Below, piece after piece: positions 56,501-63,962 of a DNA stretch of 64,000 nt. The notes beneath the pieces were generated by a model. That model saw only the letters and a program-made list of their open reading frames with translations. It was not told the origin of the DNA and made no database searches. The position numbers and the translations under genes were made by a program. Each line of letters starts with the position of its first letter. Positions within the stretch are counted from its first letter, which is position 1. The stretch is from Planctomycetota bacterium (GTDB taxonomy: Bacteria > Planctomycetota > UBA8108 > SXIK01): contig CBDCXR010000004.1 of assembly GCA_965223845.1 (NCBI GenBank), positions 3,104,001-3,168,000 of the forward strand, read 5' to 3'.

Positions 56501-57374
56501 GGCTCCGGTCCGCCTCAATATGGGCGGCGCGACGACCCCGGACTCGAAGGGGAACATCTGGGTCGGAGACGGCCCGGGCGCCGGCGATCCGCTCGACATC
56601 CGCCCCGAGGACGGCGGCGGAACGAACACGATCGAAAACTGGAGCGCCGGACTGCTCGCCGACGACACGTTCGAGAAGCTCGGCCTCGACCCGACGCATC
56701 CGGGCGACGTCTACATCTTCAACACGATCCGCTGGGACAACGCGGCGGACGGACCGGATTTCGATTTCCGCATGGAGATCCCGATCGACGACGGCGACTA
56801 CGACGTCCACTTCTACTTCAACGAAGCGTGCTGTCGCGGGCGTCACTTCCAGATCGAGCTGGAAGGTGAGGTGCTCAACGACGACGTGAGCTACACCGAT
56901 TACGACGAGACGCCGGACCTCGGCCGAGCGGGACGCCTCAGCTTCCCCGAGATCGCGGTCACCGGCGACATCCTCGAGATCGGCCTCCTTCCCTGCCCGC
57001 TCTGCGAGCGCGAGGCGGGCGCCGGCGTCGACAACAACGCGATCATCGACGCGATCGAGATCGTTCGTTCCGGCGACATGCCGCGCGACGAGTTCAAGCG
57101 CGGCGACGCCAACACCGACGGCTCGGTCAACATCGCCGACATGATCTTCATGCTGAACCGCCTCTTCGGCGACGGCGGCCTTCCGACCTGCCTCGAGACC
57201 GCGGATCTGAACGGCGATGCGAACTTCAACATCGCCGACGCAATCTTCGGTCTCAACCGGCTCTTCGGTGACGGTCCGCCGCCGATCGACGGTCACGGAC
57301 CGGACGGGGACGAGTGCGGTGAAGACCCGAACCCGGGGAACTCGCTCGGGTGCGAGTTCTACGACAAGTGCTGA
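53553..57374 (+). CDS. Secreted protein with four Cys-rich malectin-like domains, FN3-like modules and C-terminal dockerin-like module (paralog of the upstream gene)
   Basis: RBS AGGAGG before ATG 53553; signal peptide AAA-Q; repeats VPVRINMGG, TPLRINLGG, VPLYINMGG, APVRLNMGG; FKRGDANTDG dockerin. Confidence 0.88.
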   Translation: MRPIHRVVCSAGFALLLAAPAAAQELFNVPVRINMGGPELTDSYERVWLSDRDDCGGAQNVDPLNIRPDDQGGENAICDWAMGNFQPDSLDNLGFDSFDPNDVSIFNTIRWDNGGNAIDFFMEIPIPAGFYHVNMYFTEGCCTGRHFKIELQGEIVDDDVSYLDYDEEAPALGRTGVLGFSDIEVGDDQILRIGLLPCPECPREAGEGIDNNAIIDALEIISDANCDHLGMDFNSEFDTETGRVFGSWNGVAGAEAYRILRNGDPLGDDLASNARSFVDANPGDAGTAGVRYTVQALDGGVPISECSSFVKTFACPSDLVCEVTAGEAEVALSWNPGAGLDVSGFEIRANGELIDTLGPDASVYEHEPTERNIAYTVTPITDPPGGCSEMTCTVCVDGAAFETPLRINLGGPELVDSLGRVWLSDNLGTQDELCIRPDDGGGFNNIVNWCPQTPESVEALGFDPTNPNDTSILGTIRWDVGGDGVDWMLELPLADDGEDSYTVTMYFNECCCPGRHFQIAIEEELVEEDVAASDFFQAGSLANVGARVYEDIIVDDGALTVHFIPCPDPDCPGANDINAICSAIEVVPSTFDPCSNPDFTQCPQGLTCVVGANGAVSGEWEGPLCFDVQGYEVRRDGDLIDTLAADATSFTDTLEARIGNYTVTPLVGEGDRACSAMSCSVVRPEIPFAVPLYINMGGPATVDSRGRQWLGDEGNTDPLGIRPDTAGGPNSIVNWCPRTAVSENDSYESLGFDPNAESDRLILNSIRWDVGDDDQDFQIGNDLDPDDIDFRLEIPVPNGDYLVSAYFAECGGPGARHFSVEVQGDLVAEDVSTLEYSDIARPGRLGRLDFDDISVTDGILRVGFLPCPDCVDAIDFNPIVNALAIQAAGSAEPICARDLICEVDGGSVTGSWVPGIGVEVTGYEVLRNGQLIDTLGADATSFDDDVPCSRVTTYEVRPMTDGDSPCPNLAMRCTITDLTCPFEAPVRLNMGGATTPDSKGNIWVGDGPGAGDPLDIRPEDGGGTNTIENWSAGLLADDTFEKLGLDPTHPGDVYIFNTIRWDNAADGPDFDFRMEIPIDDGDYDVHFYFNEACCRGRHFQIELEGEVLNDDVSYTDYDETPDLGRAGRLSFPEIAVTGDILEIGLLPCPLCEREAGAGVDNNAIIDAIEIVRSGDMPRDEFKRGDANTDGSVNIADMIFMLNRLFGDGGLPTCLETADLNGDANFNIADAIFGLNRLFGDGPPPIDGHGPDGDECGEDPNPGNSLGCEFYDKC

Positions 57375-57418
57375 GTCGGGCTCGGCGGACCTCGGTTCGC
57401 TAATTCCCGAAACGGCTG

Positions 57419-57463
57419 AGCTCGGCGGCCTCGCCCCCCACGCGAGGCCGCCGAGCTTTTTTT
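57419..57463 (+). terminator. Rho-independent terminator
   Basis: Perfect 16-bp stem AGCTCGGCGGCCTCGC / GCGAGGCCGCCGAGCT with a 7-nt loop followed by a T-run, ~45 nt after the stop at 57374. Confidence 0.92.
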
Positions 57464-57492
57464 CGTTTCGCTTGGCGCGCTCGCCGCAAATC

Positions 57493-59172
57493 CTACTTCT
57501 CGCCCGCTCGCACCTCCGCGATGTTGAGAAGGTGCTCCTTGATCTTCCGGTAGGAGTGGAGCGCGTCGGAGTACGTCGTACTCACGAGCGGAGTCGACTC
57601 CTCGTGAGCGAGTCGATCCCAGTGGCGGGAGCGAAGCGAGCGGACGTGGTCGTTGATCCGCTCGCCCTCCGCTTCGGATCGTTCGAGGACTTGCTTCTCG
57701 TCGCCGGTTCCGGTGACGAGATCGAAGTACTTTTCGACCCGCTCGTGGAGCCCCGAAAGCTCGGCATTCTGCTCTTCGCTGTAGTCGAGCTCGCCCTCGC
57801 GAATGCGGAGCCGGAGCTTGAGGACCTGCGTGATGTAGTCGCTCACCGACTCGTACTCGTCGCAGATCCGGATCTGGTCCTTGGCCTCTTCGGTGAGGTC
57901 GTGACTGAGCTGACCGCTGAGCGCGTCCGTCAGGAACACCGTAATTTCCTTCTGCACGGTGTCGAGTGTTTCTTCGCGTTGGAACACGCGAGTCGAGAGG
58001 TCTTGGCGGTCCGTTGGATCCGCGAGAAACTCCTTCAACTCGTCGAGCATCGCTCGTGTGCTTTGCTTCATCTTGACGAGCTCGGCTCGCCCTTGCTCGA
58101 TCGCCGCGAAGGGAGAATCGTACATTTGAAAGTCGAGGTTCGTGAGGTAGCGCTTTTCCTTTTTCGGCTTGTCGGAAACGCGGCGCTCCAGCAGCCGGGC
58201 GAAGAAACCGATGAGGGGCAGAAAGAGTAAGACGTTTGCGACGTTGAATACCGTGTGGACGGTCGCGATTCCCGCCGTAGTGTGCGGGAAACTCTCGGCA
58301 CCGCTTTCGTCGACGACCGGAGCGTTGAGATCGTCGATTCCAAAGAAGGTGCTCACGACGGCTCGGATGAGCGGGAGATAGAGCCGGAAGATGGCCGTGA
58401 TCCAGAGGACGCCGATGAGATTGAACACCACGTGGAAATACGCCGCGCGGCGGGCGTTGGCATTCGCGCCGATCGACGCAAGAAAAGCCGTGATTGTCGT
58501 TCCGATGTTCTCCCCGAGCACGAGGGCCGCGGCCGTCTCGAACGTGAGGGCGCCGTTCAGTGCGAGTGCGATCGTAATCGCGAGCGTCGCCGAGGACGAT
58601 TGGACGATGACGGTGAGCACACAGCCAACGAAGGCGCATCTGAGGACGCCAAAGTAGCTGTCCGCGCTGAACTCCCTAAACCACGCTTCGAATGCGGGCA
58701 TGGTTCGAATCGGCTTGAAGCCGTTCTTCATCAACTCGAGGCCGAAGAACACCATGCCGATTCCCATGACCGCCATCGCGATGTACCGGACCCGCTCGCG
58801 CTTCGAGAAGAGGAGGAAGAAGGCGCCGACGCCGAGAATCGGGAGTCCGTACTTGCCGACCTTTAAGACGAGAACCCAACCGGTGATCGTCGTCCCGATG
58901 TTGGCGCCCATGACGACACCGATCGCCTGATTGAGCGCCATCAACCCGCTGTTCACGAATCCGACGACCATAACGGTCGTAATCGAGCTCGACTGAACGA
59001 GACACGTCACTAGAGTTCCGACGCCGACCGCGAGAAACCGGTTGTCGGTCACCATTCCGATCATCCGTCGGAGCGAAGGACCGGCGATCGCCTGCAACCC
59101 ATCGGACATGTTCCGCATGCCGAGGAGAAAGATGCCGAGTCCACCCACTACGGTAAAAATGAGTTCGCCCAT
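57493..59172 (-). CDS. Na+/phosphate cotransporter family protein (NptA/YjbB-like) with PhoU-like C-terminal domain
   Basis: GGLGIFLLGM, two QSSS motifs, GANIGTT and GENIGTT repeats, helical C-terminus with YESVSD. Confidence 0.95.
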   Translation of the reverse strand: MGELIFTVVGGLGIFLLGMRNMSDGLQAIAGPSLRRMIGMVTDNRFLAVGVGTLVTCLVQSSSITTVMVVGFVNSGLMALNQAIGVVMGANIGTTITGWVLVLKVGKYGLPILGVGAFFLLFSKRERVRYIAMAVMGIGMVFFGLELMKNGFKPIRTMPAFEAWFREFSADSYFGVLRCAFVGCVLTVIVQSSSATLAITIALALNGALTFETAAALVLGENIGTTITAFLASIGANANARRAAYFHVVFNLIGVLWITAIFRLYLPLIRAVVSTFFGIDDLNAPVVDESGAESFPHTTAGIATVHTVFNVANVLLFLPLIGFFARLLERRVSDKPKKEKRYLTNLDFQMYDSPFAAIEQGRAELVKMKQSTRAMLDELKEFLADPTDRQDLSTRVFQREETLDTVQKEITVFLTDALSGQLSHDLTEEAKDQIRICDEYESVSDYITQVLKLRLRIREGELDYSEEQNAELSGLHERVEKYFDLVTGTGDEKQVLERSEAEGERINDHVRSLRSRHWDRLAHEESTPLVSTTYSDALHSYRKIKEHLLNIAEVRAGEK

Positions 59173-59252
59173 GAGATCGTTCTCGGAGAGGGGGCCGGAG
59201 GTGTCGACGCGCGCCGTCGGGCCCGCGAAGCCGGGCGCGAATCGTGCTAGAG

Positions 59253-59313
59253 TTTTATGAAGATTGTGTGAAAATCTTCATATTTGACGGGGTGCCACTG
59301 GGCAGGATGGCAC
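59253..59313 (-). promoter_or_regulatory. AT-rich operator/promoter region upstream of the Na/Pi cotransporter (palindrome overlapping a Pho-box-like 11-bp direct repeat)
   Basis: TATGAAGATT-N7-AATCTTCATA (59256-59282); on the minus strand TTCACA and TTCATA lie 11 bp apart; second inverted repeat GTGCCA-N10-TGGCAC (59292-59313). Confidence 0.6.
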
Positions 59314-59433
59314 ACAAAGGCTTTCAAAATAATAGCTTGCAACATTACCCAGGCCTTCACATTCGCCTCCGAAGCCCGGCGCTGACCCGAGTTTTTTCGG
59401 GGGGTTCTATCCCCGACCGGAGCTGGTATTCGC

Positions 59434-61194
59434 TCACGGCGCGCGGAGCTGCACTGTGAACGTGCTCCCCGCGTCGAGTGCGCTCTCGAGCGAAACGCGC
59501 CCGCCGAATGAGAGCACGATGTGCTTTACGATCGCGAGTCCGAGCCCCGTCCCTCCGACCTCGCGAGACCGCGCCTTGTCCACGCGGTAAAACCGCTCGA
59601 AGACTCGCTCTTGGTCTTCCGGGCGGATTCCGATCCCGCTGTCGCGGACCTCGATCGTCACCCACGTTTCGTCTTCCTCGACCGAGACCACGACCCGCCC
59701 GCCGTTGGGGGTGTACTTGATCGCATTGTCGAGCAGGTTGTTCAGCACTTGGTGAAGTCCGTCGACGTCGCCGATCGCCTTGATCGCACGATCGAAGTGG
59801 TGCATTGCCACGGTCACTGACTTTTCGCTCGCGACCTCGACGAGCGAATGCACGACTTCCTCGACGACGCTCGTCACATCGATGGGCTCACTCTCCACGG
59901 CCGTTGGGACCGCCTCGATCCGGGCGAGGGTGAGAAGGTCCTTCACGAGCGCACCGAGTCGCTGGCACTGCGCCAAGATCTTTTCGAGAAACCGCCGCCG
60001 GATCTCAGGCTCCATCCCCTCGTCGTCGACGATCGTTTCCGTCATCGCGCGAATGGATGCGACTGGCGTTTGAAGCTCGTGCGACACGTTCGCGACGAAA
60101 TCTTGTCGAACCCGTTCGAGTCGGCGGACTCGGGACATGTCGTGAAGAACGAGAACCGCGCCGATCACGCGCGACTCGGCGTCTCGTATCGGTGCTGCGT
60201 TGACTTCGACGAAGAGGCCGCGCGCCAAGATCTCAAGCTCGACTCTACTCTCCCGGCCCTGCTGCACCGCGGACCCCGTCGCAGCGATCAATTCGCGGAT
60301 GTCGGTCACCTCCCAGACCCACTTCTGCGCGCCGCTGTCGCTCATCCCGAGGATGCTCCGCGCGGCTTCATTTGAGTGCACGACGCGCTCGTTGCGATCG
60401 ACGACGATGACCCCCTCGACCATGCTCGAGATCACGGTCATGAGACGGAGCCGCCCGAGCGCGCGAGTGCCCTCCTCATCCGCGAGTCGCGCGGCGATGC
60501 GCTGGATCGCGCCAAAGACTCTTCCAACGTCGCCGGACATCGGCGCGTGCGCGGGCCGGTCGAGCTCTCCACGAGCGAGTGCCTCGGTCGACTCCGCCAT
60601 TTCTGCGAGAAGTCGGCTCGATCTCCGGGCGAGAAGAAGGGCCACGGCGGCGCCGACGAGCGCGGCGACGACGGCGGCGAAGAGGAGTCGCGCATCCGTG
60701 GCCGAAAGGCGCGATTCCACGTCACGGAGGGGGACTGATGCACGCAGGAACCCGAGCGAACGTCCGTCGTTTTCGACGTGGAGAGCCACATTTACCATCG
60801 TCTGCTGAAGAACCGCGCTCGTGCGCGTCTCGCGGCCGACCCCGCGAGAGCGAGCTTGGTCGAGCTCACGCCGCACGATCCCTTCAGGCAGGCTCGCGAG
60901 ATCCGCCTCCGAGTCGGCGATCACCGTTTCGTCATCCGCGAATACCGTGATCCGGATTCCCAGCTCGTCGCCGAGGTCCCGGAGGGTCTCATGGAACTCC
61001 GGCTCCGGGGCGGATTCGAACGCGGCCATCGCCAGCTCGCGAATGGCGATGGCCTGCGCCTCGAGATCGTGAAGGGCGTCCTCTCGCATTCGCGACGCCA
61101 TCCACCCGCCGACGAGCGTCGCGAGTGCGCCCACGACACAGCCGATGACGAGGAGGTATTCGGCGAAAATCGTCCGGAAGCTTTTCGAGCGCAT
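59434..61194 (-). CDS. phoR: PhoR-like sensor histidine kinase (2 TM, periplasmic domain, HAMP, PAS, HisKA, HATPase)
   Basis: SMVEGVIVVD PAS start; RRLERVRQDFVANVSHELQTP; NLLDNAIKY; DSGIGI; FERFYRVDKARSREVGGTGLGLAIVKH. Start placed at ATG 61194. Confidence 0.85.
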   Translation of the reverse strand: MRSKSFRTIFAEYLLVIGCVVGALATLVGGWMASRMREDALHDLEAQAIAIRELAMAAFESAPEPEFHETLRDLGDELGIRITVFADDETVIADSEADLASLPEGIVRRELDQARSRGVGRETRTSAVLQQTMVNVALHVENDGRSLGFLRASVPLRDVESRLSATDARLLFAAVVAALVGAAVALLLARRSSRLLAEMAESTEALARGELDRPAHAPMSGDVGRVFGAIQRIAARLADEEGTRALGRLRLMTVISSMVEGVIVVDRNERVVHSNEAARSILGMSDSGAQKWVWEVTDIRELIAATGSAVQQGRESRVELEILARGLFVEVNAAPIRDAESRVIGAVLVLHDMSRVRRLERVRQDFVANVSHELQTPVASIRAMTETIVDDEGMEPEIRRRFLEKILAQCQRLGALVKDLLTLARIEAVPTAVESEPIDVTSVVEEVVHSLVEVASEKSVTVAMHHFDRAIKAIGDVDGLHQVLNNLLDNAIKYTPNGGRVVVSVEEDETWVTIEVRDSGIGIRPEDQERVFERFYRVDKARSREVGGTGLGLAIVKHIVLSFGGRVSLESALDAGSTFTVQLRAP

Positions 61195-61352
61195 CGTCCC
61201 TTCCATCGACAACTAGACGCGCCCGGCCGAACTCCGAGTGCGGAGAGGCCATTCTGTGCCGTGTCCGAAGTGTTGTCGAGCGCACGCGAGCAGATCGGGT
61301 ACGATCGAGGCGTCGATGGAAAGGGGCGAGAACCACCGTGCGGGCATGAAGA

Positions 61353-62537
61353 ATGCGTCAGGATTTCGTGAAGCCTTCGCTCTGTCTCCCGCTTGCGGGA
61401 TGGATTCTCGGCGGACTCCTCGGGACCGCGGTCGCGGGCGGAGACGGCCCGCCCGAGATCGTCGAGCGCCTCGATCGACACGATCTTCTGCTCTACCGCG
61501 CTCCCGACGGAAGACTCGCTCGCGCGGCCGAGCGCACGGGCTGGGAACGTCGTCGCGCCGAGATCGTCGCAGGAATGAGGGCCGTCATGGGCTCGCTCCC
61601 CGGCGACGAGCGACGTGTTCCGCTCGACGTACGCGTCGAGGAAGAGGTCGACCTCGGCACCTACATCCGGCGCCGCATCTCGTATCGATCCGAACCCGAC
61701 GCTCGGACGCCCGCGTATCTGTGCCTACCGAAGTCCGTCTTGGGCGGCGAGCAGCGCGCCCCCGCGGTACTCTGCCTCCACCCCACGGACAACAAGGTCG
61801 GACACCAAAACGTAGTTGGCATCGCCGGGCGACCGGGAAGACAGTACGCGGCCGAGCTCGCCGAGCGCGGCTACGTCACTCTTGCACCGTCGTATCCGCA
61901 TCTCGCGAAGTACTGGCCGAACCTCGGGAAGCTCGGCTATGAAAGCGGGACGATGAAGGCGATCTGGGACAACATCCGCGGACTCGACCTGCTCGAGACC
62001 CATCGGGGTGTCGACGCATCGCGAGGATTCGGCGTGATCGGACACTCGCTCGGCGGGCACAATGCGATCTTTACCGCAGTGTTCGACGCGCGAATCTCCG
62101 TCCTCGCGACGAGCTGCGGATTCGATAGCTTTCTCGACTACTACGACGGTCGCAAGGAGCTCTGGGAGTTCGGTCGCGGCTGGTGCCAAATCCGCTACAT
62201 GCCGAAGCTCTCGAATTACCGCGGGCGATTGTCCGAAATCCCGTTCGACTTTCCGGAGCTCCTCGGTGCGCTCGCTCCGCGTCCGGTGTTCGTCAGCGCG
62301 CCGCAGCGCGACTCGAACTTTCGGTGGCGAAGCGTCGAGCGATGCGTCTCGGCGGCGCGACCGGTTTACCGGCTGCTCGGAGCGGAGGGAGCGCTGCGCG
62401 CGACCTACCCGGACGTCGAGCACGATTTCCCGGAACCTCAACGACAAGCAGCCTACCGAGTCATCGACTCCGTTCTTCGGCGAGCTGAGTCGACGGGCGA
62501 CCCAATTCACTCGAACACGGAAGCAGCCCGCGACTGA
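61353..62537 (+). CDS. Secreted alpha/beta hydrolase (dienelactone hydrolase / acetyl esterase-like)
   Basis: PAVLCLH, nucleophile elbow GHSLGG, ALAPRP, EHDF. Confidence 0.9.
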   Translation: MRQDFVKPSLCLPLAGWILGGLLGTAVAGGDGPPEIVERLDRHDLLLYRAPDGRLARAAERTGWERRRAEIVAGMRAVMGSLPGDERRVPLDVRVEEEVDLGTYIRRRISYRSEPDARTPAYLCLPKSVLGGEQRAPAVLCLHPTDNKVGHQNVVGIAGRPGRQYAAELAERGYVTLAPSYPHLAKYWPNLGKLGYESGTMKAIWDNIRGLDLLETHRGVDASRGFGVIGHSLGGHNAIFTAVFDARISVLATSCGFDSFLDYYDGRKELWEFGRGWCQIRYMPKLSNYRGRLSEIPFDFPELLGALAPRPVFVSAPQRDSNFRWRSVERCVSAARPVYRLLGAEGALRATYPDVEHDFPEPQRQAAYRVIDSVLRRAESTGDPIHSNTEAARD

Positions 62538-62639
62538 CGCGTCCGCGCGATGTCCTCAATCGCACTGTACGTCATCGCCGAGGAGGACGATGGGCGCATG
62601 TCTCCATTTCCCCCTTCAAACGAGTAGAGAACCCCATCT

Positions 62640-63962
62640 ATGTGTCGCACTCCGCATCGCCCTCGGTCCGCGTTCGTCGTCGGCGCTCTCGCGTTGATGA
62701 TCGGCGCCAACTTACTCGCCCAGGAGAAGCAGCCGGAAGAGACAAAGAAGCCGGCCGATCCGAAAGCCCCCGACGAAAAGAAGGAACCACCTCCCCCGCA
62801 GTGGGCCGGACCGCTCGTCGGTCACGTCACGCCGACGACCGTGAGTCTCTGGATGTACGCCCCGGTCGAATCGGAGTGCGTCGTCGCGTTTCGCGAGGCG
62901 GACGCGCCCGGCGACGAACGGCGAGCATTCTTCGCGTTGATCCCTGACCCGGTCGTCGATGGACCCAGTCGTCCTCGGCGCGCCACGCTCACCGCGCTGT
63001 CACCGGAGACACGCTACGAGTTCCGTGTCCTCGTCGGCGGGAAATCGAGCCCCGAGTGGAACGGGGCCTTCGCCACCCCGCCCGAGCACCGTAAGCCGAG
63101 TCGCTTTCGCGTCGCCCTTACATCCTGCATGAAGGTCGGCCAGCCGCAGGCGTCGTGGTACCTCCTTCTCGCGCAGCAGCCCGATCTCCACCTGACGGTC
63201 GGAGACACGCACTATGCCGACACGACCGACGGCGCGATTCAGTGGAAGCATCATGTCGTCTACCGACGCGTCCCTCACTTTGCGACCGTGATCCGCCACG
63301 TCCCCACCCTCGCGATCTGGGACGATCACGACTACGGGCCGAACAACTCGGATGGAACGGCCAAGGGAAAGGAAGGATCGCTCCGCGCTTGGAACCAGTT
63401 TTGGGCGAACCCGGCCGCCGGCGCGGAAGGGATCCCCGGAGCGTTTTTCCGTTCCTCGTGGGGTGAAGTCGACTTCTTCGTCGTCGACGGGCGCTACCAC
63501 CGCTCGCCGGACGAAGCAAAGGACGACGAAAAGAAGACGATGCTCGGCGCGGCGCAGTTCGATTGGCTCGTCGACGGACTGAGGACCTCGCGCGCGAAAT
63601 TCAAGGTGATCGTCACCGGGAGCACGCTCCACCACAGCACGAACGACGGCTGGCGCATCTACACGCACGAGCGGCGGCGGCTCTTCGATACGATCCGTAC
63701 GGCGAAGATCTCTGGCGTGCTCTTCATGTCCGGGGACATCCATCGCTCGCTCGTGTGGGAGCACCACGAGTCGGCGCGCGTCGGGTATCCGTTCGTCGAG
63801 GTGATCTCGTCGGGCGTCGCGAACAGTAAGACGCTCAGCTTTGCGACGATCGACTTTGACACGACGCTCGCCGATCCCACTCTTCGCGTTCGGATCGTTC
63901 ACGGCGACGGGACGGTGCGGGACGATCGAACATGGAAACTTTCGGCGCTCGGGGGCTTCTGA
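62640..63962 (+). CDS. phoD: Alkaline phosphatase D (PhoD) family metallophosphatase
   Basis: Purple-acid-phosphatase-like N-terminal domain (GPLVGHV, L.P.TRYEF), TSC, GDTHYAD, IWDDHDYG, DGRYHR, MLG..QFDWL, SGDIH. Confidence 0.9.
   Translation: MCRTPHRPRSAFVVGALALMIGANLLAQEKQPEETKKPADPKAPDEKKEPPPPQWAGPLVGHVTPTTVSLWMYAPVESECVVAFREADAPGDERRAFFALIPDPVVDGPSRPRRATLTALSPETRYEFRVLVGGKSSPEWNGAFATPPEHRKPSRFRVALTSCMKVGQPQASWYLLLAQQPDLHLTVGDTHYADTTDGAIQWKHHVVYRRVPHFATVIRHVPTLAIWDDHDYGPNNSDGTAKGKEGSLRAWNQFWANPAAGAEGIPGAFFRSSWGEVDFFVVDGRYHRSPDEAKDDEKKTMLGAAQFDWLVDGLRTSRAKFKVIVTGSTLHHSTNDGWRIYTHERRRLFDTIRTAKISGVLFMSGDIHRSLVWEHHESARVGYPFVEVISSGVANSKTLSFATIDFDTTLADPTLRVRIVHGDGTVRDDRTWKLSALGGF

Noticed and set aside
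51926-57049. Recurring 20-27 bp exact repeats as a CRISPR array or DGR template/variable repeats
   Set aside because: They are in-frame coding repeats kilobases apart within duplicated domains; no regular spacers, cas genes or reverse transcriptase are present.
29498-57374. Classical cellulosome or sporulation locus
   Set aside because: No glycoside hydrolase, scaffoldin or cohesin that I can recognise, and no other spore genes; dockerin-like and CotH domains occur outside those systems.
29498-57374. Horizontally acquired island or prophage
   Set aside because: No integrase, transposase, tRNA or flanking direct repeats, and composition looks like the rest of the window by eye.
59292-59325. 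TGGCAC on both strands as a sigma-54 -24 element
   Set aside because: Neither copy has GC at the required GG-N10-GC spacing.
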